DNA of 64,000 bases from Camelus dromedarius (taxonomy: Eukaryota). A program made the position numbers and the translations under genes. Location of the stretch: positions 31,558,001-31,622,000 of the forward strand of contig NC_087451.1 of assembly GCF_036321535.1 (NCBI RefSeq). Reading direction: 5' to 3'. This document shows positions 1-15,580 of this stretch, piece after piece; positions within the stretch are counted from its first letter, which is position 1, and every line of letters starts with the position of its first letter. The notes beneath the pieces were generated by a model. The model saw nothing but the letters and a program-made list of their open reading frames with translations. It was not told the origin of the DNA and did no database searches.

Positions 1-1136
1 AGTGATGCTGGGCGAGCCCCTCTGTCATTCCAGCCCCTCTTCCCCTAAGAAGCTTCCGGGTCTTCTTGGGCCCCAAGACCAAGGCGGGGGTGGTATTATG
101 TTCTGGATTGTTCTGCAAGGTTCTCAAAGGGGGGAAGTCGGAGCTGACAGGTACAGGTGGTGAGATTAGAACTGTGAGGCTGTGCTAAGTTGGCGTGGTT
201 CCAGGGAGTCTGATGAGGTATCACACAGGTGGCAGGATGGTGGTCAGGGGACCAGTGATAATTCTGTGAAAAGGCTCCGGGGGGTGTGACGGGAAAAAGC
301 AAAGCTAATATGGGTTCGTTAGTGGAAATACAAGTGTATTTTTAAATGACAGCATTGTGCAGGAGTGGGCATAGGCAATGAAATCTAAAAATACCCACGG
401 AGACGTGAAATAACCCAAGACTAAGACCCTACTAGGAAGGGTTACACTTTGCAGACAATAAGGAAAAATCTGAATTAACTTTCCCTTTCCCCTGGAGAGA
501 AACTACAAGACACTGGAACTGTTACAGCCCTTTAATTAGTGGCCGGGTAGAGTCAGAAAGTGGGTGTGCGAAATCTCCCTAAACGTGCTCCTCAAATCTG
601 CCTCTAGAGGTCTCTTCACTCTCTGATTTCTGAGTCCCCAAAATGGAATTGAGTGGGAGGCGCCTTTATTTATCTCCCGAGGAGGATTTTGCATCTCCAG
701 GCTGTTTTCTGGTTTGCCGGCCGAGGGCAGGACAGAACCGGAGCACGCACTCAGGAAGTCCTCCTGCGCACCCCGCTGGCCCTCCCTCCTCTGGACAGGG
801 GAGCTGAGCAGCGAGGTTCTGCCCAGGCCCGTGGGGGGACTTTCTGAAGGAAAGGGTGCCACTGAGTGTATCAGGAAGCCAGGGGAGGATAGAGACGTGA
901 GATCTGGGTCTTGAGGCTGTTTCGGAAGGAGTCAGTTTGGGCCCTGGCTCAGGGTCTGGGATGGTGGCATTTGCAGCAAAGACTCGTGAGAATTCAGGGC
1001 CAGGCAGCCCGACGGTCGTGTGTCGCGGCAGGGTGCCTGCAGTGGCGCGGTGGTGGCGGCGGCGTGTTGACTTTGTGCATGCATGTGTGTCTTCTCTCTC
1101 GTTTACCATTTGCTTTTGGTCTTTCCTACCGAACAG

Positions 1137-1178
1137 CCGCAGTTCCCGGAGTCCTGCCCCATAAACATTGAGGAATAG
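1137..1178 (+). other. RNF157: Candidate 42-nt stop-containing alternative exon of RNF157
   Basis: Polypyrimidine tract and gaacag| acceptor; TAG|gtatga donor; overlapping TGCATG motifs at 1076-1085; one frame reads PQFPESCPINIEE*. Confidence 0.5.
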
Positions 1179-2964
1179 GTATGAGATCTACCAAATTACG
1201 TAAATGAACAAACAGCTCATTTTATGTGGGGGGTTCCTAACTTGAAGGGCAGCCTTGCCTTCTCTTCTCTCATCCTACTTCACAGTGCCACCCTTCAAGG
1301 GGAAAAGCACTGGTGACCCATGTCCCTGACTCTGGTACCCCCAGGGGTACAGAGGTCCCCACATTCCATCTGGCTGGGAGAGATGCCTACGAATTTCCTG
1401 TTCCACTCACTCCTCTTCCCCTGGGGTCCACCTCCACAGAGCCCTAGGATGGATTATCCCACCAGGACATTTACGGGAAATAAGCAGTTTATACCCATTT
1501 AATCCCAGTGTTTCTGCCATTAAAGGGTTTCATGTCTTGGGCTGGTCTACCTGAGACTGACCCCAGACATTCGTGAGCGGCCCCCCTCACACATGAACAC
1601 AGGGAGCCCCAGGCCCGCCCTCCAGGATTGTCAGCTCGGTGCATGGAGCGAGTCCTCTGATGGGCCAGGCGCTGCTCTGGGCCCTGCCCAGGAGGAGGTC
1701 GAGAATTCAGCAGTTTCCACGCAGTGTGAGAAGCAGGGTGGCAGCACAGGCTGCAGGGGAGCATTCTGGAGCACGCTGGACCCCATCCGGCCGAGGGGGC
1801 CTTGTGAGGTCAGGTGCTGGGAGATGCGGCTCAGAGGTTGTCCAGCCAGAGGATGGGAGGCTTTCCTCAACCCCAGGGAGTTAGGGCTTCATGCTGAGCA
1901 TGTGGGCAGCCATGACCCTGCCTTTCATCTCAGGAGCTTCTTGCTGCACAGGAGGGGATGAGTTGGATGGAGCCAGTCTGCGGGCTGGGAGGGCAACGGC
2001 GGCGGGGATGAGGGTGGCCTGAACAAAAACAGGGATGGGGAGTGTGTCGCTGGTTGTTGACCACATTCTACGAGTCAGGTGCCCTGTGGGGTAAGTACTC
2101 CTCTCCCATTGGATGGATGGTAAAACCAGGGCTCCAGGTACCATGACCTGCCCAGGATCACGCAGTCAATATGTAATAAACTGGGGGTGTGCCCAGGTTT
2201 TCTGGCTGCAGATTTAGACATGCTGAGGAAGTGAACAAGCAGGAGGTCGTGATGGATTGGATGCAGAGCACACAGCAGGGAGAAGCACCAAGAGCTGGTT
2301 TCCAGCACAGGCAGCCAGTGCTTCTGGTGCAGGGGCTGTAGGATTTGGGGGAGGATGATGAATTTAGTGGACGGCACCTGCGGGACCCCAAAGCTCTGGG
2401 GCTAAAGTCTCCTGGGGCTGATAGCAAACCTCAGCAGGCCGTTTGGGTGTAGAAAGAGAGGAAGAGCCATCACACCGTCTTCCCCTATGCCATTGGGTGG
2501 TCCCTGGCCCCCTGCTGGGCGGCCAGTCACTTCCTGTCCCCTCCCCCAGACCCCCACAGCAAACACTAACTCACAGCCTCCATGAACCCTCTTCTTACAG
2601 CCCCCTACTTCCTCCTGCCCACATGAAAAATCTCAGCTAGACCCAGTTTCTTTTCCTTGTCCACCATGACACGTAGGCCAACTTCGAAACCAAATAAAGA
2701 TGCCGAAGTGGGTCCTGGGGCACAAAACGGGATCATCCTGCGTGTCCCTCCATCAGTGGACCACAGCAGCCGTGACTGCACCTCGCCCAGTGGCAGCCAC
2801 TGCTCCCCATTCTCCCTCTCCAGGGCCGGGCTGCACACCCTGGGAGTTCCAGGTAGCATGCATCCTGCCAGCTTTCCTGCCGAACTCCCGGGCTGTCCTG
2901 CTGGGGACCATGCCTGGACCGAGCTGAAGGTCCGGCTCCTATGACACTCCTCTCCCCTCCTCAG

Positions 2965-3086
2965 GTGCCTGGCAGGTGGATGACAACGTTGTCAGTCGTC
3001 GAAACACACAGCGCCGGCGCTCGTCATCTGGCAGCCTGGAGGACCCCGAGAACAGGCCCTGCACGTGGGGTCCCTTGGCCGTCTGA
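2965..3086 (+). CDS. RNF157: RNF157 E3 ubiquitin ligase, last coding exon (partial gene; earlier exons lie upstream of the window)
   Basis: Acceptor ctcctcag|GT at 2965, phase 1. Reads (G)AWQVDDNVVSRRNTQRRRSSSGSLEDPENRPCTWGPLAV*, matching the recalled RNF157 C-terminus (GAWQADDNAVSRNAQRRRLSSSSLEDSETRPCVWGPLAV). Synteny with FOXJ1. Confidence 0.93.
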
Positions 3087-3784
3087 GAGCCCCAGCCCCT
3101 GGTCCGGGGCTCCCCTGCTGCCCTTGAATCCCCTCCTGGCCTCCCTGCACTGCTGACCTCCTGGGCATCCTCAGCAAGACACCTGGAGACTTTTCATACC
3201 CACGTGAGAGCGGGCTGCTCCTCCTCCCAGCCTCGTCTTCTGTAACCGTCATCCTTCCCCTCTCAGAAGGGACCGGAAGCCTCCTTTCTCCTTATGGGCT
3301 AACGCCACTCGATGAACTGCAGCTCCTGAACCCTTGGCAGAGACCCTCTGGAATGTTTTCGCTGTATCTTGATCTTCAGGGGGAGCCGAGATCCACAGAC
3401 TGGTTGTTCTTGTGCGTCTGTTTTTCTCCTTGGTGGGGAGACCAAGAAGCCTCGGAGTTTCGGTGGCTTCATTACAAACACCCACCTGGCATTTTCTGGT
3501 CTCTGGGACATCATAGCCAATTTGAAACCTCCAATTTGTGGTGGGGGTTGGGAGGTGACTCCTGCGAGAAGGGAAAGCCATATTGCACTGTAAGTGGAGT
3601 TTCCCTCAGAAAGCAGTAGGAGCCCCTTTCTCAAGGACAAGAAACAGGGGCTGGTTGGCAAAACGGTTCTTGCTTCTGGTAGCAGAGCCAGTGCCTCATG
3701 TCTGTCTGCTTAGGAAGGAGGCCTTGAATCTGGGAATCCCCCCACGGAGAGTCAGGTGACATTACAAAAACACTTTTTGACCCT

Positions 3785-3970
3785 CTCTATGTGCCAGGCA
3801 CATGTTAGGAGCTGCCGTATGTGATCACATTTCATCACTACTGCCCCATCAGGTGGTATTCTGATTCCTGCTGTCCCTGTCTCCACTCCCTTTTCTTTTT
3901 TCTTTCTTTCTTTCTTTTTTTTTTTTTTTTTTTTCATGCCCTTAACAGTTGAAGAAACTGGCTGAGAGAG
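3785..3970 (+). mobile_element. MIR-like SINE fragment interrupted by a T-rich tract (in the RNF157 3'UTR)
   Basis: atgtgccaggcacatg...cagttgaagaaactggctgagagag. Confidence 0.5.
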
Positions 3971-5710
3971 AGGGTGGAGCAGTTCGGCTCAGTCAGTGTC
4001 GGAAGTTGGGGGAGGGCTGAGCTGGGGACAGCGGTGGTCTGGGAGCCTCCCCACCCCACCTGATTTCCTTCCCTGCCCTCCAGATCTGTTGAGCCCAATG
4101 AGGGAAGGGGGAGATACTGCCTTCCATAGTCTCATTAGAGATTTAGAGATACTGTTGTTCAAATCATGTGCCCACTGCAGCCCACCCCACTGCAGCCCAG
4201 TGTCGGGCATGTAAATAACAGCCCGAAACAGCAAGGCCAGACTGTAAGCTGTTGGGTCTTCCTCCTCTCTCAACACTGGTGTTATCAATGGAGTCCACGT
4301 AGCCCTCTGATAATGCATTGGCTACTGGCTCTCGGAAGAGGTGCTGGTTTAATGGAGCATGAGATTGGGAAGCAAAGTCAGATCTGAGCGTTTGTGAGGC
4401 TGGGATGCGGCAGAGCCTTGGCTGTGCCCATCACGACGGCATGTCTTCATATTTGAAGTCGTTTCCCTAGAAGAGCTTTTCAGGGTTGTTTCCACAGCCT
4501 CAAAGAGAGCCCGGTGCCCCGGGAATCCTCTGCACCTTCTGCGTGGCTTCTTTGCACCGCCAGGCGGGTGACCCTCAGGCTGCCTGGGGGTTGCACCTCT
4601 GTCTGCCCTGCTTGGGGAGGCCTGTTGTCCTCACCCACCCTCCAGGAGCCAGGCCTGAATCTAAGCTTGTCTCAGGTTCCCACGTCCACCCGCTCAGAAA
4701 TCCTGCAGTGGACTCTGCTGTTTCAGGCCCCACTTAATGTCCTATCTTCCTCCGAACATTCTTATAGCCCCTTCCGTATTTAAGATTTGAGCAATAACCC
4801 CACTTCCTCATTTCCTTAAGTTTGAGCCCCAGAAGCACCAGGGAATGGGGGGCTCCCCGTAGCCTGGGGTGGTGGCCCACAGACCCACCTCCTTTCCCTC
4901 CCGGCAGGTAGTAGTCACAGTGTGGTGTCACCTGAGTTGAAGGAGATGCAGGAAAACAGTAGCCATGGTGGCCAGGAACCCTAGGAGGAAGCCATTGTCT
5001 TCACCCCTCCTTGGAGGGTCTGTGTCTTCTCCAGGAAGAGGCTCAGAGAGATTCCCCAAGGCCTTGGTTCCATAACCAAGACACGTGGGTTAGAAATGGC
5101 CCTTCACTCCTTCTTTGTCAGACAGTCCGTTCTCCCCCACCCCATCCCCTTTGTTCTCATTTAGCTCTTTGACAAGCAGAAATATCCCGTCCAAAGGGGC
5201 TGGTCCTCAGCCTGATCAGGGAACAGGGCAGCTGCCCCTCCATCATCTGGAGACAGCCACATTATAAGCAGTTGGCCCAGAGAGAATGTGAAGGGGCCTG
5301 ACTTCGCACAGGAGGGCATAGACTAATCGGAGGCCTGTGGCTCCTTCCTGCCTTGCAAAGGTCTGAGCTCCCCTGGTGTGGGGATCCCGGCCTCCACATG
5401 GAGCCCTCTGTCCTTCCCCTACCCAGTTCCATCCCACAGAGGTCATGCCCACACTGGGGCATCTCCTGGGCACAGATACACACACACTTTAAGCCATCTC
5501 ACCTGGGGAGAGTCAGCGTCCTGTCCACCTGATCTTGGCATGCTGGTTGCTCACTTTGCTTTAGGATCTGCACACCTAGAGTGTGTGAGTGTATATGTAC
5601 TGATGTGCCATCTGTGGACCCCTCGCTCCCCGGAGTACACTCGTGGGCACACTACAGTGGGGACGTCAAGGATGCAATATTTACGGATTGCTGCATGATT
5701 CTTAAAAATG

Positions 5711-5716
5711 AATAAA
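5711..5716 (+). terminator. Probable RNF157 polyadenylation signal
   Basis: AATAAA about 2.6 kb after the stop codon and about 0.5 kb before the FOXJ1 CpG island. Confidence 0.6.
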
Positions 5717-7790
5717 ACTGTTTACAAGGGAAGGAGAGCTGTTAACTGCGCAGTTGGCCTATTTGTGAGTTTCTGTCCAACTTTCTCTGGCACTCTTTAA
5801 TATTTTTGCTCAAGAGAAACTGGAGGTGGAAGAGTGAGAGAGGGCAAGGGGAAGGGAAAGATGTTTCTGGGTGGTTGATGTACCAGCCCCTGGGCAGGCC
5901 CAGCTCCTGGGCAAAGGCCTGATAGGGAGCCCTCACCCCCACCCCTGCCTTTAAACCGGAGAAGTGCTAACACTGCAGCTCCTCAATAATTGAAGAGCAG
6001 GAAAGCTGGTGACTGGAGGGAGGCTGGGGGCGGGGAGGAGGAAGGGCCACCGTCCACCGTTAGTCCCTGTCACTTAATGGTTAGTGAGATTAACGGGGCA
6101 AATGACCCAGGGAGGAGAATTTGGCAAGTCCATGGCTTTTCTGAGTTTCACCTACCGGCTCTGCTTCCTCAGCTGTCTGGAAAGGAGGGAAAGAACTTCA
6201 GAAGAAACCTCTGGAATGTCAGCTTCCGGGAACCTTACTGAGGACGGGGCGGAGAGGGAGCGGCTTACCGGGAAACACTGGATTACCCTGCCCGTCTTGG
6301 GGTGTCTGCGACCGGTGCTGCGGTTTCTGTGGACCTGAGCGGCAGGTGGCATCGGAGAGTCAGATCTTCCTGCGGGCACCCAGACGACACTCAGGGTCGG
6401 GAGAGAGGGACGGGCCGCAGAAACGTGAGGAAGCGCCACTCGCGGCCCAGAGGAGAGGAAAGGAAAACCCCAAACACACGGTTCCCCAGCCTGAGCCCGC
6501 TCGCTGCCTTGGCCACCGCGCGAGGGGCTGGGTCCCAGGAGCCGTCGACACCTCGGAGCAGCCAGACGGGAAGGGGGTGGGGCAGGAGTGCTGTTCCTGG
6601 GGCGAATGGCTCGCCCGGGGGCCCGGGTTCTCGGCGAGAGCGCCGAGCCGCGCGCCTCTCCGAGCCCTGCGCGGGGCCCTCGGGCGGGAATGCGCGGAGT
6701 CGGGACGCGGCGGCGGGTAGGGGGCTGGGTGGCGCGGGAGAGGGCGGCAGAAGGAGGGTGTTCGAAGAGAGTTACCGCCAGAGAGCGTGGCAGGAGCTCG
6801 CGGTCTCCTTGGAGACATGCTGACCAATGGCAGCAGCGGAAGCTGTTTATGGGGGCGGAGCGTCGCCATGGCAGCAGGAGAAGCCTTCTGAACGGCTACT
6901 TATTGCTGGTCCCCGGGCCGCTGGCGTTCAGAGAGGCGCCGTCGAGCTGGGGGGCGACGAGGATTGCTGGCAGTGCTCTCGAGGTGGAGACAGAGAGTCG
7001 CGGGGGGTGGGAGGGACGTCTTCCAGAACCTTTCTTTATCCGGGCTTCGCTCTGAGCCAGGTAAGGGACGGGGAGGGCTGCGGGTAGTGGGAAGGGAGGG
7101 GTTCAGTACCAGCCTGCTCTCCCATCCGTCCGCGACGTAAGTGGTGGGCCCGGGGACCGACATCAGAGAAGTTTGGGGGACATTCACTTTCGGCCCCCCT
7201 GTAACTCTCTGTCATGTTCCCTTTTTTCCCCTTGATCCCCCATCCTAATATCCCTTTTCAAAGATCAGAAGACCTCCCGCGCCCCACCGCCGGGTTGTAC
7301 TGCCCTTCTTGGCTCTCTCAACCATTTCCATTTGTTGCGGAGGGAGGGGGTTTGATTTCCCGCTCTTGAGGTAAAAGGGATAGCCTCGGATGCCTCTTCT
7401 CTCGTTTAGCTAATTAAGTCTCCTCTAAAACATCGAAGAGGGAAAGTGTGAGGTGGACCCTGTGGGGGTCGGGCCCCCGGCACTGCTTCTGTTTCCCAGA
7501 CCTCAGCAGTTAAAGATCCTTCCCAGCTGAGGGGACGATTTTAAAGGAGAATCCCACTTCGCACACATTATCCCCTCGGAGGTTAGGGAAGAGGGTCAGC
7601 TCCCGCTGTGGTCCCCGCAGGTATCACATTCGTATTCGGAGGAGGCGACCCCCCGGGTCGCGGGATGGAAGCGCGCTTCCAGGAGGCCTTGTAACTGGAG
7701 CCGCGGGAGTTAGCGGGCCGGAGAGCGCGGCGGGCCACCGTCGGCTCAGCTAGTGGATGCTGACCGCCCCCTCGGAGAGTCCCCGGAGAT

Positions 7791-10719
<2,929 letters not shown>

Positions 10720-11690
10720 GAAGCCCGCCCCCACCTCCAGACAGTGCCCAAGTCAGGGCCCAGACTGCCCCCCAACACAGACCCACAGACACCCTACCGC
10801 CCAGGCAGGGGCTGGGCAGGTCTCCCAAGGCTGGCCCCACGAGGCCATATGGCCCCCCCACCCAGGCGGTCCTCATATTCCAGCCCAGGAGGCTGAGAAC
10901 TGGGGCCCAGGACCCGAATTGCTGCCTCCCCTCCCCAGCCCCTCATATACACAGTGTTTCATTGGCCCACTTCTTCCCTGTCCCGGGGACACGCTAAATG
11001 CCCTGCACTGGGAGAGCTGCGGCCTGGGGGCGGTAGGGGGTGCCTGGCCAAGCGGGGAGCAACAGTACAGGACCGGCCCCAGAGCCTCTTAGCTTTGATG
11101 CTTCTCGCTCTCCTGCTCTCCTCCCCAGGTCTCTATCCAGAGAAAGTTCCCAGGTACAACAAATGCTAATTAGGTGACTGCAAATTAACCCCCTGGAGGC
11201 CTCTCCCGGCAAAGCCTCCCTGGGGCTGGAGCCGGCAGTACGTAGGGTGGAGCCAGGGGGAAGGGGGCAGAGAGAGAAGACAGAAATGAGGTGGTGTGCT
11301 GGGGCAAGGAGAGTTTCTAAGGCCTCTGGGATTTCCTGGCCCCCATCCCTCAAGGTGGGGCAGAGGGTATAAAGCCCTAATCTTTGAGCCTGACTTGAGG
11401 CTGAGAGCAGCAGGGAGTTGGGGTTCTGGGGGGTTGGGGGCAGGGCAGCCAAGCTGCAGAGGGGAGGGGAACAGACTAATGTAGTGAGTGTAGCTAGAAC
11501 TGAGGCTTAACCAGGAGGGACACCAGGCTCGCTAGAACCACTGGGACCAGGAAGGGGGGATCGCCCTGGGCCCCCGCCTGCACTTGTGTGGGGGAGTGTC
11601 TTGCTCTACCAGAAGCCCCCTGGGCTGCGTCCCACATCCACCCTCCTGCCTCATGGGGCGATTTAACCTTTTTCATGGAAAGTTATTTAC

Positions 11691-11779
11691 AATAAAATTT
11701 TTTTTAAATTTGGAACTGAAAAATGGACCTGCTTGCAACTTTTTTTTTTTGCTTGCAAATTACTTTGGGGAAAAATAAA
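11691..11779 (+). terminator. FOXJ1 tandem polyadenylation signals
   Basis: AATAAA at 11691-11696 and 11774-11779, with U-rich sequence between them. Confidence 0.7.
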
Positions 11780-13359
11780 TGCAGGCTAGTTTGGGGGGAG
11801 GGGCCTTCTCTTCACTGCGGGAGGGCAAATGGCTAGGAGGAAGATGGAAGATGGGGGCACTGAGGGCTTGTGCCCCTCCGATGAACTCCCCTTGACCTCC
11901 GTGTCCCCAGGGAGAAAGGGGCTGAGGGGCAGCCTTGGGAGTCCGCTGCAGCTTCAGTGCCTCTATCTGTGCAATGGGAAGACTGCACCCACGGGCCCCC
12001 GGGAGCTGGTGGCAAAGGAGGGGCAGCCCCCTCCCTGGCCCTGGGGACTCACAAAGGCCAAGCTTGCCCGGGGCTGGGCTCACGCATCCCCTACCTCCCC
12101 CACCGCGAGGGCCTGCCCAGGCTCGCCTCCTGGAGCCTGCGGTCCTCGCCTGGGCCTGTCTCCAGCTCCTCCCTCCCTCGGTCCTCTGCTGGAGGGACAG
12201 GGTGTGAGGTCAGAGGGCCCCAGCCCCAGGGGCCCTACCCCCCACCTTGGCATCGGTTCATCCAACCCGGAGCCCTCCCTCCAATGCAGGCTGGAGGCTG
12301 AGGAAGGCCACCAGGGAAAGGGGGCGCTAAGATGCTACTCTTCCACTCACTCCTACCCGCAGGTCCACCCTGTGAGGAGCCAACCTGCCAGAGGTCTGAT
12401 GGGGAAACTGAGGCATGGGAAACATTTGTTTGGGTGACACTCAGCAGGCACCCTTCCACCCCTTCACCCCAGTGGGGCCTGGAACCCAGTTCTCTACCCA
12501 GCCCTTCAAGCGCGCCCTCGTGGTGCACAGCCCCTCCCCCCAGTGCACACACGTGCGAGCACACACACACACACTCTGAATCCCACACAATCCTGCCCAG
12601 TCTCCGAGGACCCCTTTCTCCTGAAGCCCCTTTCTTCTCTGCACTCAAGGTTGGCTCTAGGCCAACCTGCTGCTTGCTGCTTTTACTTGCTAATTATTCC
12701 AAATATTTCAGGAGGGCGTGCACACAAGGCAGGGCCAGCAGGGTTGGGGGTCCTTACTGAGCTCGGAAGCCAGCCCACCCTCTTCCCGAAGCTTGCTGAC
12801 ACGGCTGCCCCCGCCTCCCTCTGAGACTCCCTTCACCAGCAATGGCTCCCTCCCTCTCCCCACCACCCACCGGCCTTCCTCTCCACGCTCCTCAGCATTG
12901 GGAGAACAAGGGGGGCTCCAGTGTCTCCACTGGCCCCCAGGATCAGCCTCTGGCATTCGCCAAATGAGGTACGCCCTGGATTGGCAGGTGGGGTGTGCCG
13001 CTATCCCCCTCCTCACCCTCTGCCTGGGCCCGCGGGGAGGAGAGGGGCAAGATCAGGGCCAAGCAGAACCGCCCACCAGGTGAGGAAAGGCTAAAGAAGC
13101 CAGCGGCTGCCAGGAAGACCCACCAGGAGCTCCTGCAAATCCCTGTGCCTGGAACTACGGTCTCAGGGGTGAGGCCCAGGCATCAGCACTTTTAAGAGCC
13201 CCCAGATGTTCCCAATAGGCCGCCCAACCAGAGAGGGGGCCCTGGAGGAGCTGGAGTGCAGGGCTTTGCAAACGCTTATAGCAGGAAGCAGGGAAAGGGC
13301 GTGTCACGTCCTGTCCGTCCTACCCATCCCTGTGCTGGCCCTTGGCTGGGTGGTTTTTT

Positions 13360-13690
13360 AAAAAAGATGTTCATTTGCTCCTTATTTATTTATAGGTTCA
13401 ACGTAATCCCAATCAAAATATATTTTGCCCCACTGACATTGAGTTGCAGATGTGATATCCATTCGCACTAAATTCTTTAGTATATATTTCCTTAGAACAA
13501 GGACACTCCTGCATAACCCTAGTACCACCATCACAATCAGGAAATCAGCATTGACTGGTAACCCCAGCTAACCGCAGGCCCCTTTTAAATTTTGCTGATT
13601 GCCCTCATGACGTTTCTCTCCATTCCAGCATCCCAATCCAGGAGCCCATGTTGCATCGAGTGGTCCTTTCTCTTTTGAGCCGTGTGGCTT
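13360..13690. mobile_element. Old L1 (L1M-type) fragments
   Basis: AT-rich island with L1-like motifs (ttcaacgtaatcccaatcaaaat; ttccttagaacaaggacactc...accatcacaatcaggaaat). Bounds approximate. Confidence 0.45.
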
Positions 13691-15580
13691 TGAGCCCATG
13701 ACTCAAGCTCTCTGAGCAGGTTTCTCATTTCCTTTGACTGCCACCTTTGAGGTGAGAAGCCACTTCATTCCTGGGTGTTGGAGTGTCCTGGGTGTCCCTG
13801 GGGACAGGGATGGCCCCCTTCCCAAGGCAAGGAGGCACTCTTCTGTCTCCAAACTTGCTGCCTTTTCCCCATCTTCCCTCCCCCATGTACCCCGCAGCCA
13901 GAAAGGTGATGGGGGAAAGGGCTGGAACTCAGACCTTGGGGGTCCTCCCCGCTCCCACCCAGAGCACATCCTGTTCCACAGGAAGGCCACCCCCAGTTCC
14001 AGTGACTCAGGATGTCTGGAAGGCCCCCGGGGATGGGGATAGGATTCCATGCTGTCTTGGAGCAAGTGGGCCAGGCCTCCTGCAGAGCTGAGCAGAGGGC
14101 AGGAACCAATCTCCTCCCTGCCCCCCCACCCCCCTGCACACTGGGGACCCAGACTTTTCGGAAGGAAGAGGGCACGAAAGAAGGCCTGTGAGGGCGGGTG
14201 CGTGGAGGTGGTCAGGAGTCAGGCGCTTCCATCCTGGGCTGAGGCCCAAAGGTAAACAGGTGTATTTGGACTCCCGGCAGCGGGGAGTGGACTGGCCCCA
14301 CCGGGCAGGCCTGGGCCTGTCAGGGGTGGGGATGTGGAGAGGGGCCTGCATTAACAATGGAGTGGGAGAGTGGCCCCGGTCCTGCTGACGCATTCTTGTC
14401 TGATGAAGAGGAAAACACAGGTGACAAGGGAGGGGAGGCACACTGGAGCAGGGGAGGGGCTTTGTGAGACCACCCAGGCTGGGCCAGTGCTGGCCGGGCA
14501 GGTGTGAGCCAAGGAGCAAGTGGAAGCCCCGCAAGTCAGCTTCCTCCTAGGGCACATGTGTCTAGCCTGCTCTGTGGCTTCTAGGTGGGACAGGTCAGAG
14601 CCACCATGACTGGCATGTGGGGGCTGAACTTCCCTGTGTGGTCAGGAGCAGGCAGGGACCAGCCTAAGGGTACTGTCCCCCAGAAGGCAACCAGGTTGAG
14701 CAGCAGGGCAGGGAGAGGCAGGGAGGGGGGAAAACAGGTCTGAAGTTGTCGCTGCTGCCGCCCACTCCAGCTCCCAGCACAGCCCCATCACCCTGACACT
14801 GTTCCAAGGGCAGGACAGCAGCTGGGTCCGAGCCCCAGACCCCCTTTCCCCTTGAAGGGAGCAGCTCCCCGAGCTCCCAGGGAAGCAAGAGTCCCAGGAA
14901 GTGGGGAGGGCAGGCTGCCTGCCTACAGCCCACCCCACCCACAGCCCCCAGGGCCCTTTGAAGCCGCAGCGGATGGCTGGTAGCCCTCCCAACGCTGCTG
15001 TGTGCCCAGGAATTAAGCCGAGGCTGAGGCTGCCAACTGTCCTCCGCCCCTCGCCCAGCCACCCACAGGTCTGTCAGCGGCTCTGCCCCTGCCCCCAGGC
15101 CACCCCACATCCCCTTCCTGCCTCACCCTGGGCACCAAGCCCTGTCCCCATCCCCAGTGGCATCCCAGTTTCCTCCAACTGACCTAAAGTGAGTGTGGGC
15201 AGGGGGAGGTGGAGGGGCAGAGTGGCATACACACCCTGTCTCTGAGAATTTTCAGTCTCAGGAGCCCACGAGTCTGCGGCAGACCCCGGTGGGCAAATAA
15301 CCTGCCTCATTCCTACACTGCAGCATCCAACACGAGGCCCAGCGCCTTAAGTGTTGAATGAATGAATGAATGAATGAATGAGCTGGCTAAGCAGATCAAC
15401 AAAAGGCAGAAAAACAGCCAGGTCACCTTGGCAAAATGTGACTGCAGAGAGTAACCACTCAGGGATTCTCAGTCACTGGGCCTGGGTGCTTCCTGATGCC
15501 CCCAGGGGTGCGGAGCACTCAGCCAGGGGACCTTTGAGGAAAGGTCATGCCGCCTTGTTCTGGAAACAAATAAGATCCCC

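Noticed and set aside
1-2964. Penultimate RNF157 exon (GQRTCAFLGMECDNNND...)
   Set aside because: Not found by eye in any + frame; presumably upstream of the window.
1-7500. RNF157-AS1-like antisense lncRNA from the FOXJ1 promoter
   Set aside because: Recalled from human annotation, but its exons cannot be supported from sequence alone.
13068-13245. CTCF-like motifs downstream of FOXJ1
   Set aside because: Mismatches at high-information positions; cannot be supported without PWM or ChIP data.
14600-14698. Strong Kozak GCCACCATG followed by a 30-aa ORF
   Set aside because: No promoter, splice or homology support; expected by chance in 64 kb of GC-rich DNA.
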